This document shows positions 1 through 9,600 of a DNA stretch of 64,000 nt, one piece after another. The notes below the pieces were generated by a model. That model ran no database searches, had not been told where the DNA came from, and was given only the letters and a program-made list of their open reading frames with translations. The stretch's first letter is position 1. Each line of letters starts with the position of its first letter. Origin of the DNA: a virus. The stretch covers positions 1-64,000 of IMG/VR virus record IMGVR_UViG_3300023082_000002, one strand, 5' to 3'. The position numbers were made by a program, and so were the translations under genes.

Positions 1-2
1 AG

Positions 3-563
3 CAGCCCCCCGCCGAGCAGCCCCCCGCCGAGCAGCCGGTCCAGCAGGCCGCAGCCGTTCCCCCGGTCCAGCCCGTCGTGCCCGCCGAGACCGATCACAG
101 TGCAGCCGGTGGCGTACAGCTGTTCACTCTCGGCGACGGTCGCCGCGTCGACTTCGCCACGGCACAGGCGCACATCACGACACTCGAGACGGCCAACGAC
201 GAGCGCGAGAAGACTGTTCGCGCCGGCTTCGTCAATCAGCTCGCTTCGGACAACAAGATTCCGGCGACGCAGATCGAAGCACTCACGAACCACGCACAGG
301 GCCTCACGCCCGAGCAGTACGCCTCGTGGTCGGCTTCGTATGATGCCGTCCCCGCGTCGGGACTCTTCGGATCGTACGGTGCGAGCGGTGGAGACGGCAA
401 CACCCCGGCGACGGGTGGACAGCAGTCCGCTCAGGCAGGGGAGATCGCAACGCTCGAGGGAGTCGTCGCACTGCATGCGCGCACGATGACCAGGGAGCAG
501 CTCGAAGAGACCGACTCGTTCAAGCGTCTGACGGCCCTCCGCGCCGCACAGACCAACCAGTAG
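3..563 (+). CDS. capsid scaffolding protein / maturation protease C-terminal part (5'-truncated)
   Basis: Frame is open from position 3 (QPPAEQPPAEQPV...), has low-complexity and helical segments, and sits directly upstream of the decoration and capsid genes. Confidence 0.7.
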   Translation, partial: QPPAEQPPAEQPVQQAAAVPPVQPVVPAETDHSAAGGVQLFTLGDGRRVDFATAQAHITTLETANDEREKTVRAGFVNQLASDNKIPATQIEALTNHAQGLTPEQYASWSASYDAVPASGLFGSYGASGGDGNTPATGGQQSAQAGEIATLEGVVALHARTMTREQLEETDSFKRLTALRAAQTNQ

Positions 564-577
564 AAGAGAGAGAACCG

Positions 578-1030
578 ATGCCCAGCTACGCAGGCGGCGG
601 CGCAGCTCGTACCCCCCTCGGGAACAACGAGTACCTCCGCTCCACCAAGGCCGTGAAGAAGGAGTCGTACACCGTTGCGGCATCTTCTGTCCCGGCTGTG
701 ACCATCGACGGAGTTCCGGGTCAGAAGCTTCTTTACCCCGGAACAGTCATGGCGAAGATCACTTCTGGCGCCGATGCCGGAAAGATCGGACCCTTCCAGG
801 CAGGTGTGTCCGATGGTCGTCAGACCCTCGCGAACATCGTCGGCCTCGAGGATACGTTCCTCCCCTGGCAGCTCATGGAGCACGACAACGAGGTCGCTGT
901 CACGTACGACTGCATGGCGAACCAGGGTTGGTGCTTCGAGCTCGATGCAGCCGGCCTCCGGATCGCACTGACCAACACCACCGCCGACGCGATGAGGTCC
1001 GTCAAGGGCCTCGACGTCCTGTTCAAGTAA
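578..1030 (+). CDS. capsid decoration protein (lambda gpD-like)
   Basis: 150 aa with GTVMAKIT..G.KIGPF...SDG motif; immediately upstream of the major capsid gene. Confidence 0.75.
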   Translation: MPSYAGGGAARTPLGNNEYLRSTKAVKKESYTVAASSVPAVTIDGVPGQKLLYPGTVMAKITSGADAGKIGPFQAGVSDGRQTLANIVGLEDTFLPWQLMEHDNEVAVTYDCMANQGWCFELDAAGLRIALTNTTADAMRSVKGLDVLFK

Positions 1031-1046
1031 GAAGGGAAGAGCCAGA

Positions 1047-2276
1047 ATGACCATCAGCCTGTTCAGCAAGGCCAACTCGGTGGCAAGCTTCGCTTCGCCC
1101 ATCGGACAGGACCGCATCATCCGCAAGGAGGTGTCCCTTGGCTTCGTTCGAGAGATCGCCCCTCCGCAGGATCACATCGGTCTCCAGTTCGCCCCGTTCC
1201 TAGAGGTCGCAGCGGACGACGTGATCTTCCAGTACCTGACACTCGACACCGATGGACTCGCCCCGGCTCGTGCCGAGGACGCCGAGTCGGAACTCGCGCA
1301 GAAGGATGATCGAGTTCTCGGCGAGGGCCGGGCGTCGATCATCGACTGGGCCCTCAAGGATCACTACGATGCCAGCGACGTCAACCGCTACCGGGAGCTC
1401 CTTCGCATCTGGGAGAGCATCCAGAACGGCAGTGTTCCGCTGGTCATCACGACGGCGATGGAAGACTTCGCTGCCAAGGTGACCCGTGACACGGCTCGTC
1501 GTCGTCGGAAGCTCGACAACCGGCACGAGTGGATGGTCATGAGTGCGCTCGCGACCAACCAGATCGCGTACAACGACGGCAAGATCAAGTGGACCGTTCC
1601 GTTCGGTCGCCCTGTCGCCCAGGAGGCTGGCAACGCTGCCAACGACCTCGGAGCGCACGTCGTGGACGGTGTCTACAACGCGAGCTCGTACACCCACGAT
1701 CCGATCGGGTTCTACAACCTCGTGAAGGACATGATGTACGAGAAGTACGGTGTTGTCATCGACCGGGTGCTCTGCAGCCGTCGGTACACGCGTACGATCA
1801 TCAACTCCGACAAGTTCTCGCAGCGAGCCGGCCTCGGTGCAGCGTACAACGGAGCGAATGCACCTGTCGCTCCGGACCTGCGCTACCTGATGGACGGCTG
1901 GGGACCGGACGCCGCTGTCCAGGTTCTCGAGAACGCGACCGACATCACGCACATCGTGTATGATTCGGTCTACCGGACTCGTCCGCCCGGCTCGAACACG
2001 GTCACCAACAACCGGTTCTTCCCGGTCAACGAGCTCGTGTTCCTCGCCTCGGATGCGTCGATCGGAGACCTCGACGACACGGAGATCGGCTTCGCCAAGA
2101 CGCTGACCTCCCCGCACCCCGAGGGCGACTGGACTCCCGGCTACTACGAGTGGGAGCAGTCGACCAAGGACCCGTGGGGTCAGGACGTGGGGACGGGAAT
2201 CAAGATGTTCCCGGTCTTCCCGCACCTTGACCTGACCTACGCGGTCAACGTCAACCTTCCCGCCGTCAGCTTCTAA
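1047..2276 (+). CDS. major capsid protein (lambda gpE-like)
   Basis: 409 aa, strong codon bias, R.EWM...AL..G and C-terminal DPWG..V...MFPV segments typical of the cap_E family; synteny. Confidence 0.9.
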   Translation: MTISLFSKANSVASFASPIGQDRIIRKEVSLGFVREIAPPQDHIGLQFAPFLEVAADDVIFQYLTLDTDGLAPARAEDAESELAQKDDRVLGEGRASIIDWALKDHYDASDVNRYRELLRIWESIQNGSVPLVITTAMEDFAAKVTRDTARRRRKLDNRHEWMVMSALATNQIAYNDGKIKWTVPFGRPVAQEAGNAANDLGAHVVDGVYNASSYTHDPIGFYNLVKDMMYEKYGVVIDRVLCSRRYTRTIINSDKFSQRAGLGAAYNGANAPVAPDLRYLMDGWGPDAAVQVLENATDITHIVYDSVYRTRPPGSNTVTNNRFFPVNELVFLASDASIGDLDDTEIGFAKTLTSPHPEGDWTPGYYEWEQSTKDPWGQDVGTGIKMFPVFPHLDLTYAVNVNLPAVSF

Positions 2277-2288
2277 GGAGAACTGATC

Positions 2289-2678
2289 ATGGCAAAGACC
2301 GAGACCACGAAGCCCGCTGACCTGCTCTGGCAGGAGGAGCAGCTCAAGGACGACACCTCGCCCAAGGTTCTGTCGACCTTCGGAGAGGACCCGAACGAGG
2401 GTCTGCAGCGTCCCGATGATGTCGATGGGTACCTCGGTACCGATCCCATCTACCAGAGCGCTGCGAACTTGACGGAGCGTCCGTTCCGTTCGGAGAAGGG
2501 TGCCGAGTCCAAGTTCGAAGAGCGTGCATACGGAGAGAAGTTCTCCGAGCAGCCCTTCAGCGAGGCCGACTACGAGGCTGACGACTCTGCCACAGGCGAG
2601 TCCGACGCCGAGTCGTCCACCACCCCCACCCCTCCCTCGGGTCTGCAGAGCGGCATCACGCCGCCCAGCGGCTCGTAG
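2289..2678 (+). CDS. hypothetical acidic virion-module protein
   Basis: AAGGAG RBS, biased codons, follows the capsid gene. Confidence 0.7.
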   Translation: MAKTETTKPADLLWQEEQLKDDTSPKVLSTFGEDPNEGLQRPDDVDGYLGTDPIYQSAANLTERPFRSEKGAESKFEERAYGEKFSEQPFSEADYEADDSATGESDAESSTTPTPPSGLQSGITPPSGS

Positions 2679-2705
2679 CACCAACCTTCGGAAAGCAGAA
2701 GACGA

Positions 2706-3212
2706 GTGGCGAATGTAGATGGAGCCTACTCCGGGGTTGCCGACTTGCTAAAGGGAGACATTCCTTTGCAAGCGCAGCACGGAGATGGGACGCAGATGAT
2801 TCGGTCGCAGGCCGATGACATCGACGCCCAGCTGGGTCACATCTACGTCACCCCGATTGTGGTTCCTTCAGAGCCACAGTATCGACCCACTCGTCTTCTG
2901 CTGAAGAAGATCAACAACCTTCTCGCCAGCGGGCGACTCATGCTTGACATGAGCGCCGCTGGCGAGGACGATGCACCCAACGCTTACGGCTTGCAGATGC
3001 TGCGCGAAGGACTCGCGCTCCTGGGCCAAGTTCAGAATGGTTCGATCGTTCTCGCTGGAGCACCTCGCCTTGATGAGGGTACCGGCTCGCCGGGACTTCT
3101 GATTCACAACGAGGACGCAGTCTCACTAGTCGAGCAGTTCTACAACCCCACACTTCGCCGTCAGATGTCGCTGTTCGGCGTTGACGGCAACGCGTACTCG
3201 GGTAACAACTGA
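2706..3212 (+). CDS. head-to-tail adaptor (Mu gp36-like)
   Basis: AYS.V.DL...IDAQLG..Y.TP...L..L.QV.NG pattern; synteny. Confidence 0.7.
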   Translation: MANVDGAYSGVADLLKGDIPLQAQHGDGTQMIRSQADDIDAQLGHIYVTPIVVPSEPQYRPTRLLLKKINNLLASGRLMLDMSAAGEDDAPNAYGLQMLREGLALLGQVQNGSIVLAGAPRLDEGTGSPGLLIHNEDAVSLVEQFYNPTLRRQMSLFGVDGNAYSGNN

Positions 3213-3757
3213 TGCCTCGCATGAACGGGACCAGCCCGTCCGCAAGTACAGCCGGTCCGACGATGACCGTAGACTTCGGCGTCCAGGCAGATGATGCCGA
3301 GAAGCTGTTTTTGAAGCTTGAGAACTTGCTGTCGCCTGAGATGTTGGCCGTGTTCATGGCCGGTCCCGTTGTTCAGCACTTTCAGCAACGCTTCAACGAG
3401 TTCTTCGAGGATCAGGGTACGCCGTCTGGTGCATGGCAGCCGTTGTCGGAAGTCACCATTGCAGATCGCGTAGAGCAGGGGTTTGGTCCTGGACCGATCA
3501 ACGAGCGCACTGGACAGCTTCGAGACTTTATCACTGACAGTCCCGGCGAGGTTCGAGTCCTAGCAACCCTCGCGGTCCTGACTTACCCTGGTCCGTTGCC
3601 TTCGGGAGAATTGGGTCGCAAGGTGAAGACGGCACAGCAGGGCGGCACATTTTCTGGTCACTCTGTCCCGGCGCGTCCAGTCATGGAAATTGATGAGACT
3701 GACATGCTGTTCACGATGAGTGCATTGAACTTTTATATCGAGCGGGGTATGGAATGA
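3212..3757 (+). CDS. virion morphogenesis / tail completion protein (Mu gpG-like)
   Basis: F..QG.P.G.WQPLS..T, TGQLR, Q.GG...VPARP motifs. Confidence 0.75.
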   Translation: MPRMNGTSPSASTAGPTMTVDFGVQADDAEKLFLKLENLLSPEMLAVFMAGPVVQHFQQRFNEFFEDQGTPSGAWQPLSEVTIADRVEQGFGPGPINERTGQLRDFITDSPGEVRVLATLAVLTYPGPLPSGELGRKVKTAQQGGTFSGHSVPARPVMEIDETDMLFTMSALNFYIERGME

Positions 3758-4251
3758 CGCTCGAAGTACAAGAGACAGTCCTGAGCAAGTTCTGCGATTT
3801 GCTTCTGTCGCGCATCGCAGCTGCCGATGTCGACCTCAAAATCTTTGATCGCATGCTCTCGACCAGTGATCCTAACTTGTCGGTTGGAGTGTTTCCGTCA
3901 GTCTGGATGCCAAACACTGAATCGTATGAAATGGTTGGTTCTGGCGCTTCACCCTCCGAGCCCACGCTACAGCAGTATCAGGTAGGCGTGCATATGCTCA
4001 CTAAGGATTCGGATCGTACTCGCGGACTCGCTATACACACCGCCTATGCAAGGCTCGTGCGTATGGTCCTTTACCGCGACCCCACCCTCCGCGTATTGTT
4101 GGGCTCGCTTACGGTTACGGACAGCTTTGGCACCGAGTCCTACAAGCGAGGCTGGGCCAACAGCCACCGATACTTGAGCAAAGAGTTGGGTCAGAACAAC
4201 CTTGCCTACCTCAGCGTTCTTGACTACACACTGGAAACGGAGATGCGGTAA
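3754..4251 (+). CDS. putative tail terminator
   Basis: Size and position before the major tail gene; ATGA coupling. Confidence 0.5.
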   Translation: MTLEVQETVLSKFCDLLLSRIAAADVDLKIFDRMLSTSDPNLSVGVFPSVWMPNTESYEMVGSGASPSEPTLQQYQVGVHMLTKDSDRTRGLAIHTAYARLVRMVLYRDPTLRVLLGSLTVTDSFGTESYKRGWANSHRYLSKELGQNNLAYLSVLDYTLETEMR

Positions 4252-4574
4252 TGACCACAGCCAAGACCGATCTCGAGAAGGCAACCGACGAGCAGAACAA
4301 GCTGGTTGCTGACATCGAGAAGTTGCGCCAGGATGCCGAGGAGGCCGAGCGCGCACTCGTGGAGAAGCAGCAGTTCGACAGCGTCAAGCAGCAGACGGAG
4401 GCGCTGGAGCAGGAGAAGGCCCGTCTCCAGGCTCGCCTCGAGGCTGCCAAGGAGTCCGCCAAGCAGTACGCGGAAACCCTGACCCCCCTGGAGCAGGCCG
4501 CAGCTGCCGAAGCCGCAGCCTTGCAGGCACAGCAGGGCCCCACCGATCCCGTCGAGAAGAAGAGGGAGGCGTAA
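4251..4574 (+). CDS. hypothetical coiled-coil protein
   Basis: E/K/A/Q heptads; TAATG coupling. Confidence 0.7.
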   Translation: MTTAKTDLEKATDEQNKLVADIEKLRQDAEEAERALVEKQQFDSVKQQTEALEQEKARLQARLEAAKESAKQYAETLTPLEQAAAAEAAALQAQQGPTDPVEKKREA

Positions 4575-4577
4575 CCC

Positions 4578-5588
4578 ATGGGTTACAGTTCTCAGGCAGG
4601 CGCAGTCCTGTTCGCATCGCAGCCCACCGCCGACACGTTCCCGGCAGGCTTCGGTACGGCCCACACGGCAATGAAGATGCGTTCGGGCAATCTCAGTCCG
4701 AACCGTGATCTTCTCGTCACCGATCCCGAGATCGGAGGCTCGCGTGACACGGCCGACGCGTACCTTGGTGGCGTCTCCTGGTCGGGTGACTACGAGTTCT
4801 ACGTTCGTCTCGAGTCTGTCACTTCGCTTCTGCGAGCTGTCCTTGGTTCGGCGGCATCGGTCACGACAACTGGTGTCACCACCCACACGATCACGCCTTC
4901 GGATTCTTCGACGCTGCCTTTCCTGGCGGTCGAGGAGAAGATCGGTTCTGGCTTGGAGGTGTATCGCTACACCGACGTCGTGGCGAACACCTTCCACCTG
5001 GAGTCCGATGCCAACGGCTACCTCATGGGCAGCTCGGGACTCATCGCCCGCAAGCAGACCGCAGGTATCACGCCGACCGCCTCGCCGATGTGGGACAACT
5101 CGCCCCTCATCGTCGGTACGAACGTCGCGATCACCTACAACTCGGTCAGTCTGCCGGCGAAGTCGTTCAGCCTCGACATCAACAACAACTTCGAGGATGA
5201 CGACTTCCGACTCGGCTCGTTCTACATCGGAGACCTGACGGCCAAGAGTCGCGAGGTCAACGGGTCGTTCTCGATCCGTCCCAACGATTCGCTCCTGTGG
5301 CGCCAGGCTGTCTATGGCGGCTCGGCCCTCACGGCTCCCGGTGGCGTCACCGTCAAGTCCCCGCTGGTCATCACTTGCCAGACGTACGAGGACATCATCG
5401 CTGGCACCCCGGCGACCAAGGGCTCGATCGTCATCACGATCCCGAACGTCGCACTCGAGCCCTACGGACTCGAGCCGAGTGGTGATGACATCATCGAGAA
5501 CGACGTCAGCTTCCGTGCCCTGCGTCCTGCAGTCGGTACGGCAATTGCCTCTGTGGTCGTCAAGTCCGCGCAGGCAACCATCCGCTAA
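4578..5588 (+). CDS. major tail tube protein
   Basis: 336 aa beta-rich, highly biased codons, SFSLDINNN motif, followed by chaperone and tape measure genes. Confidence 0.85.
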   Translation: MGYSSQAGAVLFASQPTADTFPAGFGTAHTAMKMRSGNLSPNRDLLVTDPEIGGSRDTADAYLGGVSWSGDYEFYVRLESVTSLLRAVLGSAASVTTTGVTTHTITPSDSSTLPFLAVEEKIGSGLEVYRYTDVVANTFHLESDANGYLMGSSGLIARKQTAGITPTASPMWDNSPLIVGTNVAITYNSVSLPAKSFSLDINNNFEDDDFRLGSFYIGDLTAKSREVNGSFSIRPNDSLLWRQAVYGGSALTAPGGVTVKSPLVITCQTYEDIIAGTPATKGSIVITIPNVALEPYGLEPSGDDIIENDVSFRALRPAVGTAIASVVVKSAQATIR

Positions 5589-5650
5589 GTCCTCGGGGAC
5601 CAAAGCGGCATAACTTAATAGCGGTCAGTAAGCACAAGTTTATTGGTCGA

Positions 5651-5685
5651 GCGGGAGGCTGGGATTAGACACCCTGGTCTCCCGC
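5651..5685 (+). terminator. GC-rich hairpin after the major tail gene
   Basis: GCGGGAGGCTGGG-8 nt-CCCTGGTCTCCCGC; weak U tract. Confidence 0.55.
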
Positions 5686-5732
5686 GAAGCACTTTCATTA
5701 ACACTAAAGTCCACACGAGAGGGACAACCGCA

Positions 5733-6269
5733 ATGACGGAGACAACGTACACTGAGCCCATCGACCCCGGCCAGCCGATCGCCCCGGTGACGGGCGTCGA
5801 GCAGGACTTCACCACCGGCTTCGACGACTACTGGGGGACGGATGAGACCAAGCGTATCGTTCTTCCCGACGGCAAGCAGTCCGTCATCATCCAGCTCATG
5901 ACCGAGGGTCAGCGGGCACAGTTCGAGCGTACACAGAACCAGGACCTGCGCGTCGATCGCGAGCAGACGACGACCATCAAGATCGACCCCGGTCGTACTC
6001 GCAAGGCGCTTCTCAAGGCTGCGATCGTCAACTGGGAGGTCAAGCGTCGCACTGCGTCCGGCGAGTGGCAGGATGTCAAGTTCAGTGATGCGAACCTGAA
6101 TGCCTTCATCGACGGCGCGAACCCGCGCATCATCGACAAGATCGAGAAGGAGATTCGCGAGTACAACATCTGGCTCAAGAACGACCTCACGGTCGAGGAG
6201 ATCGAGAAGGAGATCGCAAGCTTGGAGCGCGAGCTTGAGGCTGCAAAGGTGCGCGCAGCGGGGGAATGA
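5733..6269 (+). CDS. tail assembly chaperone (G)
   Basis: Between tube and tape measure; ATG 5733 after GAGAGGG; ends at a slippery site. Confidence 0.85.
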   Translation: MTETTYTEPIDPGQPIAPVTGVEQDFTTGFDDYWGTDETKRIVLPDGKQSVIIQLMTEGQRAQFERTQNQDLRVDREQTTTIKIDPGRTRKALLKAAIVNWEVKRRTASGEWQDVKFSDANLNAFIDGANPRIIDKIEKEIREYNIWLKNDLTVEEIEKEIASLERELEAAKVRAAGE

Positions 6270-6529
6270 CCTTCCGTTCACAAGTAGATTCATTTGTGAA
6301 CGGTCGCCCCATCGAGGGCCGGGTTCACTCGGCTATCTCGATGTTCGTATTCCTTGAGGGGATCAAGTGGTCGACACTCCCCGTAGCGGGCGGCTTGTAT
6401 GATCAGCATCCTGACTTTGTGAAGAAGATGCATTACATGAAGCAGGAAGTTTACAAGCACGAAGCACACGAAGCTGCAGAGCGAAAGCGTAAGGAAGACA
6501 GCAAGAAGCCGAGAGCCAGGAACGCTTGA
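6260..6529 (+). CDS. tail assembly chaperone T segment reached by programmed -1 frameshift
   Basis: G GGG GAA at 6260-6266 immediately before the TGA; downstream ORF is in the -1 frame and carries LP.AGGLYDQ. Confidence 0.85.
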   Translation, partial: GGMTFRSQVDSFVNGRPIEGRVHSAISMFVFLEGIKWSTLPVAGGLYDQHPDFVKKMHYMKQEVYKHEAHEAAERKRKEDSKKPRARNA

Positions 6530-6532
6530 TTG

Positions 6533-6581
6533 GCATACAACGGGGGATGGTCCTTGATAGGGATCGTCCCCCGTTGTATGC
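6533..6581. terminator. long (~22 bp) hairpin upstream of the tape measure gene
   Basis: GCATACAACGGGGGATGGTCCT / GGGATCGTCCCCCGTTGTATGC. Confidence 0.55.
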
Positions 6582-6638
6582 TTGGCATCAGATGGACACT
6601 TTGAGGTCCGACCGAAACTCCAGCTAGACGGATAAGAG

Positions 6639-9600
6639 GTGGACATGGGTCCAGGCATCATGAACATTCAGGTGAGAGTCCTCGCCGCGAATGCTCGTCG
6701 CACCCTTCGTAGTGTCCGAGCGGAAATGGCTGCTGTGCAAGCGCAGTCGCAAGCTACTTCGGCTGTTTCCCCGGTAGGTAAGCGGTCCTTCGCTGACATG
6801 ACGAAGGCCGGAAACCAGATGCAGTGGGTTGGTCGTCAGCTTCAGTACAACTTTACGTTGCCACTTGTTCTAGCAGGTGCCGCTGCGACAAAGTTCGCGC
6901 TAGACCAGCAAGCCGCGATGGTGCACGTCGCCAAGGTCTATGGTGACAGCGATGCCGCTGTCAAGTCTTTTCAGGCAACCCTAGACGCCGGTGGCGAGCA
7001 GGCTAAGAACCTCCGCTCTGAGTATTCTCAGGTCATGGGTAAGGACCTCACTGGTAACATCGAGGCTGCCAAGAAGGAAATGGCGGCTTACAACCAGGAG
7101 ATTGAGAAGCAGGAGCTCGCAGCACTGGAGCGCAACTTCGACGCACTGTCGGTGAAGTTTGCAATTCAGAAGAAGGAGGTCATGGAGGTTGCGGGCGCTT
7201 GGGCCGCAGCTGGAGTCTCGGGCAAGGAGCTTGCCAAGTCAGTCGAGAACACTCTGATCGCCACGAACATCGGTGACATGCCTGCTGCTAAGGCGACCGA
7301 AGCACTCATCTCGATTCAGGCTCAGTACAACATGAGCGCCAGCAAGCTGAAGCGTACGCTTGCTGACTTGAACGCAATTGAAAACGCCACCGCCGTTGAC
7401 ATGGGTGGACTTATTCAGTCCATGGCAAAGTCCGGTTCGGCGGCTGCAGCATCAGGCACTTCGGCTAAGTACTTGGCTGCAATGACAGCTTCGATTACTC
7501 CTGCGGCTGGTTCGGCCTCGCAGGCCGGTAACGCACTTAAGACCATTCTTTCTCGCATCAGCAAGCCCACCGAAGAGGGCGCGGCTGCGATGGAGCGGCT
7601 CGGAGTCAATGTCGACTCTGTGGCATGGAAGTCCCTGGGTGGAGCCGAGAAGCTTGAGGTTCTTCAGAAGGGCTTCAACAACCTGAGCGAGAGCGAGCAG
7701 CTGGCAAACGCATCTGCCACTGTCGGTATCTACCAGTACAACCGCTACATCCAGCTTCTCAAGGACATGGGTCGCGAGCACGGCAACTACAACAAGTCGC
7801 TCGACGCGACGATCAGCCGTGACAAGGTCTTCAATACCATGAACAAGGAGCTCGGCACCATCCTGGAGTCGAACCCCAAGCGACTCCAGCGAATGGGCAT
7901 CGCGCTCCAGAACAGCCTCGCTGACATCATTACCCCGCTGATCCCGCAGTTGATCTACCTTGCGGGCGAGGTTGCGAATCTCGCTAAGGCGTTCAACAAC
8001 CTGCCTGCTGGCGTCCAGAAGGTTGCGCTCGGGATCGCGGTTCTCCTGGTCGTCATGCCGCTTCTGCTTCGGTACCTCGGCTCGCTGAAGACTCTGTTTG
8101 TCGTCACTAAGATCGGTGTCGGTGGACTCGCTCGCGCTATCGGCATCCTGTCCACTGCCACTGCAGTCAACACGGTCATAGACGGCGAGTCGGTAGTCGT
8201 CACCGAGATGAAGCGCAAGGGCCTTATTGGTCTGTTCTTGACGATGCTGCGAGCTCCGTTTAAGTGGTTCGCCGCCGCAGCCTGGGCATCGGCAACGCTT
8301 ACCTCGAAGGCATTTACGTTCATCGCGTGGTCTGGTGTAACTAGCATCCGAATGCTGATTGCTAGGACTGCCGCACCGTTCGCTGCATGGGTCGCATTCC
8401 TCACCCAAACTGTCTTGATGGGCGGTTTCGCCGCCGCCTTTAAGTGGGTGTGGGCATCTATCGTCGGATTGTTCGCTCGGGGAAGCGCGACCACCCTGGC
8501 GATCACACGAGGCACGAACGCCGCCCTCGTCGCGGGCAATGTGACCACCCAGCGCGCCCTTGCAGCGGGGACCGCCACAGGCGCCGCTGCTCAGATAAGT
8601 ATCTGGAGTAGGTTCGGCGGAATCATTAGCGGAATCATGGCCGCGACGCGACTTCGCCTAGCAGCTATCTGGCTTTCGTTCATCGGCTTCCTCGCTAATC
8701 CGGCTGCGATCATGGCTGCACTCAAGGCAGTGTCTTTGGTGATCGGTCAGTTTGCCGTGCGGCTTATTCCGATCTTGTTTGGGCCTTGGGGTATCGCTAT
8801 CGGTGCGATCATTGGCCTCTTGTATATTTTCCGCAGTCAGATCGCGCAGGTCTGGAATAACATTGTCAGCTACTTCCAGAGTAGTGGTGATCTCGGACGC
8901 GTCTTCAACTGGATGGTTGGCGGAGCACTGAGCGCGTTCAACGCACTTCCGCAGGGCGTTCAGAATGCGATGCTCGCTGTGGTCAAGGTTGTTCGTGACG
9001 CGGCCCTTGCGGTTTACGAGTGGTTCAGCTACATCAATCCTTTTGCCCACCACTCGCCGTCACTGGTGGAGAACGTCACCGCTGGTATGGGGGAGGTTGT
9101 CAAGCAGTTCAGTACACTTGGTCAGATCAAGCAGTACACCGATGCGGCATACAAGGAACTGAATCGCTTCGGCAAGGCAACTTCAAACATTACCGGCAAG
9201 TCTGCACGCATGGACGTTGCCGACGATCGTAAGACTTTGCAGAAGGGTGGAGCAAGTAAGGCTGCCCTTAAGTCTTATGATGATCTTCAGGGCAAGCTGC
9301 GATCCATGCGTTCCGAGTACGCGGGCCTAGGCGCCGAGATTGATCGCTTGAAGAATAAGGACATCGAGGCCCGTCGAGAGATGGACCACGCCATTTTCGA
9401 GAATGAGTTTGCTCAGAAGAAGCTCCGTCTCGAAATGCTTCGCATGGAGCAGGGCGGAATCTCTATCGACAAGGTGAAGGATCAGCTGTCTGGTCTTGAC
9501 GATGAGATTAAGAAGGTCGATGATCGTTTTGGTCAGTTGACTGAAGCGATTGACGGAATGAAGGAGATTACGACCGGACTTCGTGCTGCTGGAGCCGGTT

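Noticed and set aside
1-40. 15-bp tandem repeat AGCAGCCCCCCGCCG
   Set aside because: Simply encodes EQPPA repeats in the scaffold linker
1200-2684. Long antisense ORFs (also 4224-5603, 35251-36762, 43967-44833, 53330-54304)
   Set aside because: Shadows of strongly codon-biased genes on the opposite strand; no RBS or protein-like composition
6260-6266. Tail chaperone -1 frameshift as a novelty
   Set aside because: Real but well known in long-tailed phages; listed as a feature only
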